Assembly (NCBI GenBank): GCA_964399775.1
Contig: CAYNSH010000008.1
Span: 1-61,217 of the forward strand
Reading direction: 5' to 3'
From: an uncultured Verrucomicrobiota bacterium
Lineage (GTDB): Bacteria; Verrucomicrobiota; Kiritimatiellia; CAIQIC01; Lenti-01
Length of the DNA stretch: 61,217 bases
This document shows, one piece after another, positions 40,753 to 49,813 of the stretch. The position numbers and the translations under genes were made by a program. The notes under the pieces were generated by a model, which was not told the DNA's origin, searched no databases, and saw only the letters and a program-made list of their open reading frames with translations. How positions within the stretch are numbered: position 1 is the first letter of the stretch; every line of letters starts with the position of its first letter.

Positions 40753-41328
40753 TCAATAAGGGGTCGGCGGGATCGGGCGGAACTCGCCCATGATCATTTC
40801 CATCTCGCTGAGCACCCGGACAGCCAGATTCAAGTCCACCGTGTATTGAACGGTGCTCGGGGCGAAATCCATGCCGCGAACCAACGGGTCCGTGGAGTGC
40901 AGCGTGATGTCCTGCCCCATGCCTTCGGGCAGCAGTTCGATCATCTGAATCGTACTGCTCAACGAGTCTTCCACGGATATCCCCAACTCTGCCAGGGCAC
41001 TGATCCACGATTGAGGATCCGCCGGGTTTTCGACCATGTCCTCCATCCGCATGGCCAGCATGAGAACCCGGGCCAAGTCCGCGCGGGTGACCACGGCATC
41101 CAACTTCCATCCATCTTGCGGAGCGATGCCGTTTTGCATCAGGACATCGAACATCTGCTGCGAGGTCGGCGCATTGGGCAGGAACCGAACCAGCCCCAGC
41201 GCGCGTACCATCAATTCCGCCAGTTGCGGGTGGGTCACCGGCCGGGCCTCCTCCTGCTCTGCCTGTGCAAAAACAAGCGACGATCCCATGATCAACCCAA
41301 TCACTGCCCATACGAGGATTTTCTTCAT
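40753..41328 (-). CDS. Exported hypothetical protein, possibly SLH-like
   Basis: RBS AAGGAG, signal peptide ending VFA, repeated VT..LA..++.A pattern (VTHPQLAELMVRA, VTRADLARVLMLA). Confidence 0.7.
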   Translation of the reverse strand: MKKILVWAVIGLIMGSSLVFAQAEQEEARPVTHPQLAELMVRALGLVRFLPNAPTSQQMFDVLMQNGIAPQDGWKLDAVVTRADLARVLMLAMRMEDMVENPADPQSWISALAELGISVEDSLSSTIQMIELLPEGMGQDITLHSTDPLVRGMDFAPSTVQYTVDLNLAVRVLSEMEMIMGEFRPIPPTPY

Positions 41329-41417
41329 CTGATGCACTCCTTGCACACTGGCGTCCAGCCTGCCTTGTTTTCAATCGAACCGGTGCGGCCCTTTATCGAT
41401 ACCGTTATACTGCCCGC

Positions 41418-41446
41418 ATAGTGCCCCAGCCCCCCCGTTTCGTCAA
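41418..41446 (-). promoter_or_regulatory. Putative sigma70 promoter of the polysaccharide export operon
   Basis: TTGACG-N17-CACTAT on the minus strand, preceded by an AT-rich stretch. Confidence 0.55.
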
Positions 41447-41481
41447 CCGCTAATTACAATAATTCAAGACCTGTTTTGAGA

Positions 41482-41510
41482 TTGCCTTCTTTGTCCGCCC
41501 GGTGCAGAAT
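41482..41510 (+). promoter_or_regulatory. Putative sigma70 promoter of the FHA gene (divergent)
   Basis: TTGCCT-N17-CAGAAT. Confidence 0.45.
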
Positions 41511-41560
41511 GGCGCGCTCAAACAGGCAGGTATGGATTGTAGAGGACGGAGGGTGACGGT

Positions 41561-42058
41561 ATGGCCAAACTAAGCGGAATGTCCGGCGATTTCAAGGGGC
41601 GTGAGTTTCCCCTCGAGCAAGGTGAAATCACAATCGGACGCAAGGCCGACAACACCATTTCGCTGGATCACCCCACCATTTCCAGCCATCATTGCCGGAT
41701 TCTTCACAATGGCGACAGCTGCATTTTGCAGGATCTGGACTCGACCAACGGCACTCGCATCAACTCGCGGGATGTCAAGGAAAGCGCCCTGCACCACAAG
41801 GACTTGATTCAACTCGGCTCCATCGAGTTTCTGCTCGATGCGCCTGAACTGGCCGCATCCGCCGCACGCTATACCGAGGCCGACGCCGAAATGGCCGCCG
41901 GCGCCATGTCGGCTCCGGAAGATTTTGCCAGTATTTCCCCTTTTGGCGCCCGCCCCCGGGCGCGCCGAGGGACCTGGTACTTTCTCCTCGCCGTCACGGG
42001 CGTGCTCGCTCTGTTGGCCATGATCTTCTTCTTTTTCATGCTGCTGGGCGCCGGGTGA
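41561..42058 (+). CDS. FHA domain protein with C-terminal TM anchor
   Basis: ITIGR, ISSHHC, DLDSTNGT, hydrophobic C-terminus. RBS GGAGGG. Confidence 0.9.
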   Translation: MAKLSGMSGDFKGREFPLEQGEITIGRKADNTISLDHPTISSHHCRILHNGDSCILQDLDSTNGTRINSRDVKESALHHKDLIQLGSIEFLLDAPELAASAARYTEADAEMAAGAMSAPEDFASISPFGARPRARRGTWYFLLAVTGVLALLAMIFFFFMLLGAG

Positions 42059-42076
42059 GTACCGGGCCGGCCCCCC

Positions 42077-42754
42077 ATGCCGTCGCCCTGCCCCCATCCC
42101 TGCCGCCGCGGCTTCACCTTGGTCGAAGTCTTGCTGGCGACCGCCCTGACGGCGCTGATTGCAACCATTCTCGCGCTGCTGGCCCATGCCCTGTTGTCGG
42201 CCGGTGACGCTCAGGCCGGCCGCCTTCGGGGCCCATTCGCCGCCCGTGCGGCCTTGCGCAGCCTTTCCCGAGACCTTTCCTGCGCCTTTTCCCCTCCCAT
42301 GGAACAAGTTGTCCCCCTAAAGCTATCCACATCCACCGAACCGGATCAACCCGAAACCAGCCTGCTCCTTTATGTCCCGGTTCCGGAGCCGTCCCTTCCC
42401 CTGGGTTATGATATTCATCAGGTAACGTATGAGGTCCACCGCTCCGGGAAAGCCGCGCGGGAACTCCGACGGATGGCCGCGCCATGCTCCGGCCCCGGCA
42501 CAAACACCCCCATGACCCGCATCCTGTTGCGAGGACCCTTTGCCTTCTCCATGCAAGCGGTCAGCGATGCCTCCTCTCATGATTCCTGGCCCCCGCCCAA
42601 TGAAGAGGACCCTGAACTGCCCACGTCCATGACGGTGAATCTGACTTGGGACCAAAGAGAATCCTATCAGACCGAGGTTCTCATCCAGCCGACAATCCGC
42701 ATTCGCTCCCCCATTGAGCGCGCAAGTTCGGGCGAACGCGGGCCGGAGGATTAA
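42077..42754 (+). CDS. Prepilin-type N-terminal cleavage/methylation domain protein (GspJ-like pseudopilin)
   Basis: [12 protein letters not shown] class III signal, LSRDL, LP..MTV.L near the C-terminus. Confidence 0.8.
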   Translation: MPSPCPHPCRRGFTLVEVLLATALTALIATILALLAHALLSAGDAQAGRLRGPFAARAALRSLSRDLSCAFSPPMEQVVPLKLSTSTEPDQPETSLLLYVPVPEPSLPLGYDIHQVTYEVHRSGKAARELRRMAAPCSGPGTNTPMTRILLRGPFAFSMQAVSDASSHDSWPPPNEEDPELPTSMTVNLTWDQRESYQTEVLIQPTIRIRSPIERASSGERGPED

Positions 42755-42832
42755 TCGCCGCACCAATTCCACGTCCGGATTGTCAGGCCGATGGCGCCCC
42801 GCAAGGATAGCGCGCCGGGCATCCGAAAACGC

Positions 42833-42861
42833 TTGCCGCAAGCTCGTTGAACACGTATGGT
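42833..42861 (+). promoter_or_regulatory. Putative sigma70 promoter of tRNA-Leu
   Basis: TTGCCG-N17-TATGGT upstream of the tRNA. Confidence 0.5.
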
Positions 42862-42898
42862 GCCGGCCTAACGACCACGAAGTCGTCCAACTCCCGGT

Positions 42899-42982
<84 letters not shown>

Positions 42983-43060
42983 TTTTTTGTGGTTCTTCTG
43001 CGCCGTTCCGAACCGTAAGAACTTGTCAGCGGCGTTGGCGCGTCCTATATATCCCCTGCA

Positions 43061-44455
43061 ATGAATCCCGTTCGCTACATCAGCACCCGCGGCAAGCAAA
43101 CTCCGCTTTCCTTTAAGGATGCCGTCATGACCGGACTCGCCCGCGATGGCGGCCTGCTCCTGCCCGACCGTATCCCCAGCGTTACCAACCACCTCGCCGA
43201 CTGGCAGGACCTGGACTACGCCAGCCTGGCGTTTGAAATCATTCGCCTCTTCAGCGATGACATCCCCCCTGACCGGCTCCGAAACCTGCTCCTGACTGCC
43301 TATGCGGCCTTTGATCACCCGGAAGTCGCCCCGATCCGCCCGGTGGGTAACGTGCACATCTTGGAACTGTTCCACGGCCCGACGCTTGCCTTCAAGGATA
43401 TTGCCCTGCAGTTTCTCGGCCGCCTTTTCGAGGACATCCTCGAAGAGCGCAATGCCCGCCTCAATATCCTGGCCGCCACCAGCGGCGACACCGGTTCCGC
43501 CGCCATCGCCGGCGTGCGCGGGCAGAAACGCATCTGCATATTCGTCATGCATCCCAAAGGCCGGGTCAGTCCTCTTCAAGAGCGCCAGATGACGTCCATT
43601 CTGGATGACAATGTGTTCAACCTGGCGATCGCCGGCAGCTTTGACGATTGCCAATTGATCATGAAGACCCTCTTTAATGATCTACCCTTCAAGGATGCCC
43701 ATGCCCTCGGTACGGTCAATTCCGTCAACTGGGCGCGGGTGCTCAGCCAGATTGTCTACTATTTTTATGCCGCGTTCCGGACCATGGAGTCCACGGGGGC
43801 GGATCAAGTGCAATTTGCCGTTCCCACCGGCAACTTTGGCGATATCCTGGCCGGCTGGTACGCCAAGCGCATGGGCCTGCCGGTTCGCCGCCTCATTTTG
43901 GCCACCAATGAGAACGACATCCTGGCCCGCTTCTTTAACAGCGGCATCTATGCCAAGGGGTCCGTGGTTTCCACCGTCAACCCCTCCATGGATATCCAGG
44001 TCGCCAGCAACTTCGAGCGCTGGCTGTATTACAAGGTTGGAGGCGATCCCAAAGCGATCTGCCGCCTGATGGTTCAGTTCGCCATGGAAGGCCGCTTGGT
44101 CATCCCTCCCGACTCCCTCGGCCAGGTGGATGAGGAAATCGTCGCCGGGTCGTCGGACACCCCTCGAACGCTTGCCACCATTCAACGCTACCATGAAAAG
44201 CACAACTACCTGCTGGATCCCCACACCGCCGCCGGCGTATTCGTTGCCGAGCAGTTCAATGAGTACGACGATCCCATGATCTGCCTGGCCACCGCTCATC
44301 CCGCCAAGTTCCCGGAGGCCATTGTCGAGGCCACCAGCCAGGACCTGGCGCATCACCCCCATCTGGAGGCCCTGCAACAGGCCCCCACCCGCTGCGACGA
44401 CCTCCCCAACCAGCCGGCCGCCGTCAAATCTTACCTTGCGGAACGTGCGCGATAA
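43061..44455 (+). CDS. thrC: Threonine synthase
   Basis: [27 protein letters not shown] (PLP Lys), [46 protein letters not shown]. Confidence 0.96.
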   Translation: MNPVRYISTRGKQTPLSFKDAVMTGLARDGGLLLPDRIPSVTNHLADWQDLDYASLAFEIIRLFSDDIPPDRLRNLLLTAYAAFDHPEVAPIRPVGNVHILELFHGPTLAFKDIALQFLGRLFEDILEERNARLNILAATSGDTGSAAIAGVRGQKRICIFVMHPKGRVSPLQERQMTSILDDNVFNLAIAGSFDDCQLIMKTLFNDLPFKDAHALGTVNSVNWARVLSQIVYYFYAAFRTMESTGADQVQFAVPTGNFGDILAGWYAKRMGLPVRRLILATNENDILARFFNSGIYAKGSVVSTVNPSMDIQVASNFERWLYYKVGGDPKAICRLMVQFAMEGRLVIPPDSLGQVDEEIVAGSSDTPRTLATIQRYHEKHNYLLDPHTAAGVFVAEQFNEYDDPMICLATAHPAKFPEAIVEATSQDLAHHPHLEALQQAPTRCDDLPNQPAAVKSYLAERAR

Positions 44456-44500
44456 CCCGCCATCCGATCACCCATTTGAACCCGTCTCGGCATCCTGCCC

Positions 44501-45976
44501 ATGACCATCCCCGCCCATATTGATCGCCATTGGTTCCCACGCGCCGCCGGGTCCGATCTCCGGGAAATTCCCTTCCCGTGCGGCGTCTGCGAATCGCCCC
44601 CCCTGCCCCTGGCCGCATTCACCGAACGGCATCTGCAATGCATCTGGGCGGATGACCGGCTACGCCCCCCCCACCTGACCACCCACTCCGGCGAACAGGT
44701 GCAGGTCGAGCATCCCGGCGAATGGAATACCGGGCCCGGACCCGACTTTTTCAAAGCCGCCCTTCGCGTCGGCCCCGAATTGCGACGCATCACCGGCGAT
44801 GTCGAAATTCATGTCCGTCCCGGCGACTGGCAGCGGCACCGCCATGCCAACGATCCGCGTTACGCCAGGATCTGCGCGCATGTGTCGTATTACTCCGGCG
44901 CCCTGGCCCCGGCTGAACTGCCTCCGGGCTGCCTCCAGATCACCCTGCGGCCCGCACTCGATGCCATTTCCGATTTTGCATTCGACAACATCGACCTGAT
45001 GGCCTACCCCGTGGCGGCCCGCGCCACCCCGCCGCCCTGCCGCGAAGCCATGAAACGGCTCTCGCCGGCGGAACGCGGAAACCTGCTCGATGCCGCTGGC
45101 GAAACCCGCCTGCGGCGACGCGCCGAAGCCCTGCATTCGGCCATGCTCGATCGCGGCCCCGCACAGGTCGTCTATGAAGAAGTCATGGCCGCGCTCGGCT
45201 ATCGCCAGAACAAAGCCCCCTTCCGCCGCCTGGCCCGATTGCTGCCGTTGGATCAGTTGCGCGAGGAGTCTGCCGGCAACCCGATTCGCGCCTACGCCTT
45301 GATGATGGGTTGTGCCTCCCTGCTGCCCGATCCCACCATCATCCGACGCGCATGGGATGACGAAACCAAGTCCTTCCTGCGGCAGACTTGGGATGCCTGG
45401 TGGCCCCTTTCCAATGATTACCTCGCCCGCTGCATCCCCCGCTCCGACTGGACCATGGCGGGTGTCCGACCGGCCAACCGGCCGGAACGACGCCTGATGG
45501 CCGCCGCCATGCTGTTTGCGCCCTCCCCCGGCCTGCCGGAACGCATCGAGGCCATCTCCGCCAATCCCCGTGGCGTTTCCACCGCCCAATGGCTCGCCCT
45601 CTTCGACTTGCCCGATGCCCCCTATTGGTCACGCCGCCTTTCCTTTGCCGGTTCCCCCGCTTCCGAACCCATTGCGCTCGTCGGCTATCCCCGGGCGCGG
45701 GCCATCCTCGTCAACCTGCTCCTTCCCGCTTTCGCCGCCATGGGCGCCCCCGCTGACGCCTGGCAGCCCCTCCGCGACTCCCTCCCCGCCGAGGAAACCA
45801 ACGAATTGATTAAGCAAACCGCGCTGCGGCTTTTCGGCCCGGATCACACCCCGCGCCTGTACCGCTCCGGCTTGCGCCGACAGGGACTGATCCAGATCCA
45901 CCACGACTACTGCCTCGGCGACCGTTCCCTCTGCGCCAACTGCCCCTTCCCCACGCATATCGGGGTCAGCCCTTGA
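44501..45976 (+). CDS. DUF2851 family protein
   Basis: E..LQCIW, HPGEWN..GPDF, GDVEIH, W..H.H..DPRY, ALGYRQNK.PF, RPANRPERR, C-terminal YC....C.NC. Confidence 0.8.
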   Translation: MTIPAHIDRHWFPRAAGSDLREIPFPCGVCESPPLPLAAFTERHLQCIWADDRLRPPHLTTHSGEQVQVEHPGEWNTGPGPDFFKAALRVGPELRRITGDVEIHVRPGDWQRHRHANDPRYARICAHVSYYSGALAPAELPPGCLQITLRPALDAISDFAFDNIDLMAYPVAARATPPPCREAMKRLSPAERGNLLDAAGETRLRRRAEALHSAMLDRGPAQVVYEEVMAALGYRQNKAPFRRLARLLPLDQLREESAGNPIRAYALMMGCASLLPDPTIIRRAWDDETKSFLRQTWDAWWPLSNDYLARCIPRSDWTMAGVRPANRPERRLMAAAMLFAPSPGLPERIEAISANPRGVSTAQWLALFDLPDAPYWSRRLSFAGSPASEPIALVGYPRARAILVNLLLPAFAAMGAPADAWQPLRDSLPAEETNELIKQTALRLFGPDHTPRLYRSGLRRQGLIQIHHDYCLGDRSLCANCPFPTHIGVSP

Positions 45977-46094
45977 ATGTTGAATATGGCGCACATCGGG
46001 GTCAGCCCTTGAATGTTGAATATGGTCCAACTTTCAAGATTCAAGGGCTGACCCCGATGAAGATCGATGAAGAAGGGCTGACCCCGATGAAGAT
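45955..46094. repeat. Composite direct and inverted repeat cluster (REP/BIME-like) with core ATCGGGGTCAGCCCTT
   Basis: Two 35-bp direct copies (45955-45989, 45991-46025) followed by two inverted copies AAGGGCTGACCCCGATGAAGAT (46043-46064, 46073-46094). Confidence 0.85.
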
Positions 46095-46545
46095 GGACGC
46101 ACGGCCTGCTCGGGTCTATGAGCATCGCTTTGCCTTCCCCCCGGAGGCGGAGGATGAAAACCGGCACGTCAACAACATCGAATATGTGCGCATGATGCAG
46201 GAATCCGCCATTGCCCACACGCGACGTAATGGCTGGACGCCCGAAGAATTGCATACCCGCGGCTGGACGTGGGTCGCGCGCTCGCACTTCATTGAATACC
46301 TCCAGCCCTGCCGCGCTGGCGAGGAGATCGAAATCCACACATGGGTTTCAAACTTCAAGAAGATCCGCTCCCTGCGCAAGTACCGCTTTGTGCGCGCCTC
46401 CGATGGCGCCCTCCTCGCCCGCGCCGAAACCGACTGGGTCTTCCTCGATTTCCACAAGGGCCGCCCCATGGCCATCCCGCCGGAAGTGCTTGCGGCCTAC
46501 CTCATCGTGCCCGACGAAGAATTGCCCCCGTCTGGCGTCGAGTAG
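46087..46545 (+). CDS. Acyl-CoA thioesterase (4HBT/YbgC hot-dog fold)
   Basis: DENRHVNNIEY, WVARSH.IEY..P, ETDWVF..GRP. Start ATG 46087 or 46093. Confidence 0.88.
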   Translation: MKMDARPARVYEHRFAFPPEAEDENRHVNNIEYVRMMQESAIAHTRRNGWTPEELHTRGWTWVARSHFIEYLQPCRAGEEIEIHTWVSNFKKIRSLRKYRFVRASDGALLARAETDWVFLDFHKGRPMAIPPEVLAAYLIVPDEELPPSGVE

Positions 46546-46586
46546 GCCCCCTTTCGCCGACGCGATCTGCCGCTATTGTTGACCGG

Positions 46587-46627
46587 TTTTCCACGCTATG
46601 GAAAACTTTTTTCCACAGCGTGGAAAA
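46587..46627. repeat. Palindromic repeat TTTTCCA-N5-TGGAAAA, 2 units
   Basis: TTTTCCACGCTATGGAAAA (46587-46605) and TTTTCCACAGCGTGGAAAA (46609-46627), between convergent genes. Confidence 0.85.
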
Positions 46628-46719
46628 CGTGGACCCGCAAGAAACGAGCCGTTTGACCGACCTCCTAGTCGCCTGCCGACACGCAAGGGCGGCAGAACGG
46701 AGAGGGTTCGAACGGATTC

Positions 46720-47268
46720 CTAGAAGCCGAACTTGACGCCGAGGTTGACGGAAAGACCATCGAGGGAATACTTCTCCCTGACGTCGGAACCGCGCCATTT
46801 CCACTCGTCGTCCTCGTTGATAAGGTTGTACTTGGCCTCGCCGAAGATGGTGGCTCTGGCGAGGACGACGTTGAGGCCGACGAGAGCGAAGTAGCCGACG
46901 CTGTCCTTGGCCTTGGCGTCGTCCCAGACGTTGCCGGCGTTGAAATCCAGGTTCTTGAGATAGTAGCCAACGCCGGCGCCGACATAGGGCTTGAGCATGT
47001 CGCTGGCGTCGAGGGTCCAGGAAAGAACGGCTTCGAGGGGGATGAGTTCCATTTCCTTTTCGGCGCTGCTGAAGAGATCGTTACGGAGATAGGAGGCCCG
47101 GGCCTCGATGCCGAAGCCGCCGCCGATGCGGGTGCCGAGCCTGACGCCGCCGCCGTAGAGATCATCGTAGTCCTTGCTGTCCCAATAGGTGCCGAAAATG
47201 CCGATGCCGGCTTGGGCGATGGGAAGAACGAAGAGAACCAGACCAATCAGAACAATCCACTTTTTCAT
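46720..47268 (-). CDS. Small outer-membrane beta-barrel protein (OmpA/OmpW-like)
   Basis: RBS AGGAG, signal peptide ending AQA, PYVGAGVGY, FGEAKY, C-terminal LGVKFGF. Confidence 0.85.
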   Translation of the reverse strand: MKKWIVLIGLVLFVLPIAQAGIGIFGTYWDSKDYDDLYGGGVRLGTRIGGGFGIEARASYLRNDLFSSAEKEMELIPLEAVLSWTLDASDMLKPYVGAGVGYYLKNLDFNAGNVWDDAKAKDSVGYFALVGLNVVLARATIFGEAKYNLINEDDEWKWRGSDVREKYSLDGLSVNLGVKFGF

Positions 47269-47387
47269 GACCACGCTCCTTGAGTTGTTTTGTATATATG
47301 TGTATCCACGCTGGACAACCTAGCGGACGGGAGGCCCATTCTCCATGGGGTGAAACCCCACCGCATTCGGGCCTGCGATCGAATCCG

Positions 47388-49046
47388 TTACGATCGTTCG
47401 CGGATTTCCACGCGGCGGATCTTGCCGCTGATGGTTTTGGGCAGTTCCTTCACGAACTCGATCAAGCGTGGATACTTGTAGGGAGCGGTCACCGCCTTCA
47501 CGTGCGCCTGCAACTCATGCTTCAGCTCTTCGGAGGCCTCGAAACCCTTGGCGAGCACGATCGTCGCCTTGACGATCTGCCCGCGCTCGTCGTCGGGCAC
47601 GCCCGTCACCGCGCATTCCATCACGGCCGGATGCTCCATCAGCGCGCTCTCGACCTCGAAGGGCCCGATGCGGTAGCCGCTGCTCTTGATCAGGTCGTCG
47701 TCGCGGCCCACGTACCAGAAATATCCGTCCTCGTCCTGCCACGCCACGTCGCCGGTGTGATATACCCCGCCGCGCAGGCATCGCGCGTTCCCCTCCGGAT
47801 CGCGGTGGTAGCCCTGGAACATCCCCAGCGCGCGGCAGCGGTCGCCGGGCACGACGATCTCGCCCTGCTCCCCCGCGTCGCACCGCGTTCCATCGGGGCG
47901 CGCCAGAAACATGCCGTACAGCGGCGAGGGCTTGCCCATCGAACCGGGCTTGGGCTCCATGCCCGTGAAATTGCCGACGCCCACCGTCATTTCGGTCTGC
48001 CCGTAGGCTTCCATCAGGTTCAGTCCCGTCGCCTTGCGGAATTGCTCGTACACTTCCGGGTTCAGCGGCTCGCCCGCCACCACCGCATATTCCAGGCGGG
48101 AAAAATCGTATTTGCCCAGATCCTCCTTGATCAAAAAACGGTACACGGTCGGCGGCGCACAGAAGGTCGTCACGCCATGCTTCGCGCACATCTCCAGCGT
48201 CTTGGTGGGCGAGAACTTCTCGTAGTCGTGCACGAAGACGGCACTGCCGCAGATCCACTGGCCGTAGAGCTTGCCCCAGGCGGACTTCGCCCAGCCCGTG
48301 TCCGCCACCGTGTAGTGGAGCCCCCCGTCGCGCACGTTCTGCCAGTACTTCGCGGTCACAATGTGCCCAAGCGGATAGGTGAAATCGTGCGCCACCATCT
48401 TCGGCTGCCCGGTCGTGCCCGACGAGAAGTAGATCAGCATCGTGTCGCCGTTTTGCGTGCCGTCCGCGCCGGAGGGCCTCGCCCACTGCCCATCCGCCGC
48501 GGCCATCTCCGCCGCGAAGTCCAGCCAGCCCTCGCGCGCGCCATTCAAGCGCATTTTCAGGATCGGCCCATCCGTCGTCTGGTCCGCGGCGCGGTCGATG
48601 GCGTCCTCCAGCGCCGCATCGGGCACGGTGACCACCATGCGGATGCCCGCCCGCTCAAAACGGTAGGCCAGGTCGTGTTCCGTCAGCATGTGCGTCGCCG
48701 GCACGCCGATCGCCCCCAGCTTGTGCAGGCCCAGCAGCGCATGCCAAAACTCCAGCCGCCCCTTCAGGATCAGCATCACGGGATCGCCCTTGCGGATGCC
48801 GTGCGTGTGGAACACCTGCGCCGTCCGATCGCTCCCTTCCTTCAAGTCGGCGAAGCTCACGGTCTTCTCCTCGCCTTCGTCGTTGCACCACACCATCGCC
48901 CGACGGTCGGGCTCATCCCGCGCCAGCGCATCCACCACGTCGTAGGCGAAATTGAACTTCTCCGGCACCCGGATCTCCAAGTGGTCGCGGAAATCCTCGT
49001 ACGACGAAAATTCGCTCCGGTTCACGAATTGCTCGAGCATGGCCAT
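47388..49046 (-). CDS. AMP-forming acyl-CoA synthetase (acetyl/medium-chain)
   Basis: [55 protein letters not shown]. Confidence 0.93.
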   Translation of the reverse strand: MAMLEQFVNRSEFSSYEDFRDHLEIRVPEKFNFAYDVVDALARDEPDRRAMVWCNDEGEEKTVSFADLKEGSDRTAQVFHTHGIRKGDPVMLILKGRLEFWHALLGLHKLGAIGVPATHMLTEHDLAYRFERAGIRMVVTVPDAALEDAIDRAADQTTDGPILKMRLNGAREGWLDFAAEMAAADGQWARPSGADGTQNGDTMLIYFSSGTTGQPKMVAHDFTYPLGHIVTAKYWQNVRDGGLHYTVADTGWAKSAWGKLYGQWICGSAVFVHDYEKFSPTKTLEMCAKHGVTTFCAPPTVYRFLIKEDLGKYDFSRLEYAVVAGEPLNPEVYEQFRKATGLNLMEAYGQTEMTVGVGNFTGMEPKPGSMGKPSPLYGMFLARPDGTRCDAGEQGEIVVPGDRCRALGMFQGYHRDPEGNARCLRGGVYHTGDVAWQDEDGYFWYVGRDDDLIKSSGYRIGPFEVESALMEHPAVMECAVTGVPDDERGQIVKATIVLAKGFEASEELKHELQAHVKAVTAPYKYPRLIEFVKELPKTISGKIRRVEIRERS

Positions 49047-49061
49047 CACACACCCCTTCCG

Positions 49062-49616
49062 TCAGAGAATCATGGCCAGGAAGCGCGCGGGTTTGCCATC
49101 GAGCGCCTGCATGGAATGGCCGTGGTTGGAATCGAAATAGACGCAATCCCCCGTTTCCAGCACCAGTTCGTTGCCGTGAATGTGAACCGCCATCCGCCCC
49201 TCCAGCACGTAATTGAATTCCTGCCCGGGATGCGAATTGGCATGGAGCCCCGATTCCCCTGTATCCGCCGGGACCGTCACTTCAAACACATCCGCCTTGC
49301 GCCCCGCAAAGTTTGCCGCCAGGTTCCGGTATTGATAATCCCTGCGCCGCTCCACCGTGACTCCGCCCCCTTGGCGGGTCACGCAGAAGATTTTCATTCG
49401 CGGTGCTTCGCCGGTCAGCAACTCCGTCAAGTCCGTCTTCAACACCTTGGCCGCATCATGCAGCAGGCTGGCCGGAATATCCGCCTTCCCCTCCTCGAAG
49501 TCTTCGTACTCCGACAGGTCCACCCCCAGGGCCTCCGCCACCTCCGCGCTTGTTCGACCCTCGATCTCCCGCAACTCCTTCAGCCGGGCCGCGATTTCCC
49601 TGCGTTCCTCTTTCAT
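49062..49616 (-). CDS. XRE-family HTH plus cupin transcriptional regulator
   Basis: IAARLKELRE..HTH..E.G..DIP, cupin HPGQEFNYVLEG..GDCVYFDS..H. Sits directly upstream of the acyl-CoA synthetase. Confidence 0.9.
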   Translation of the reverse strand: MKEERREIAARLKELREIEGRTSAEVAEALGVDLSEYEDFEEGKADIPASLLHDAAKVLKTDLTELLTGEAPRMKIFCVTRQGGGVTVERRRDYQYRNLAANFAGRKADVFEVTVPADTGESGLHANSHPGQEFNYVLEGRMAVHIHGNELVLETGDCVYFDSNHGHSMQALDGKPARFLAMIL

Positions 49617-49813
49617 CGTCCAGATCCTCCAGCGCCATCATGCCCTCCCTGCGATCCCTCGCCAATCCAAAAACCGGCACCCCGCAGGCCCGCGGAGAAC
49701 GGGCATTCTGCGCTGTTGTCCAGTGGTGGGGATGGCCATCGTTGACAGGCAGCACTCCTGTTCTAGTCGCGGATGATCCTCACATGCCTCCGGAAAATTT
49801 CGGGAACAGGTGC

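Noticed and set aside
45955-46025. 36-bp-period repeat as a mini CRISPR array
   Set aside because: The copies are head-to-tail with no spacer and are followed by inverted copies. There are no cas1/cas2 genes in the window.
47280-49745. 821-aa plus-strand ORF
   Set aside because: Antisense shadow of the acyl-CoA synthetase and XRE-cupin genes, with no recognisable motifs. Such ORFs are common in GC-rich DNA.
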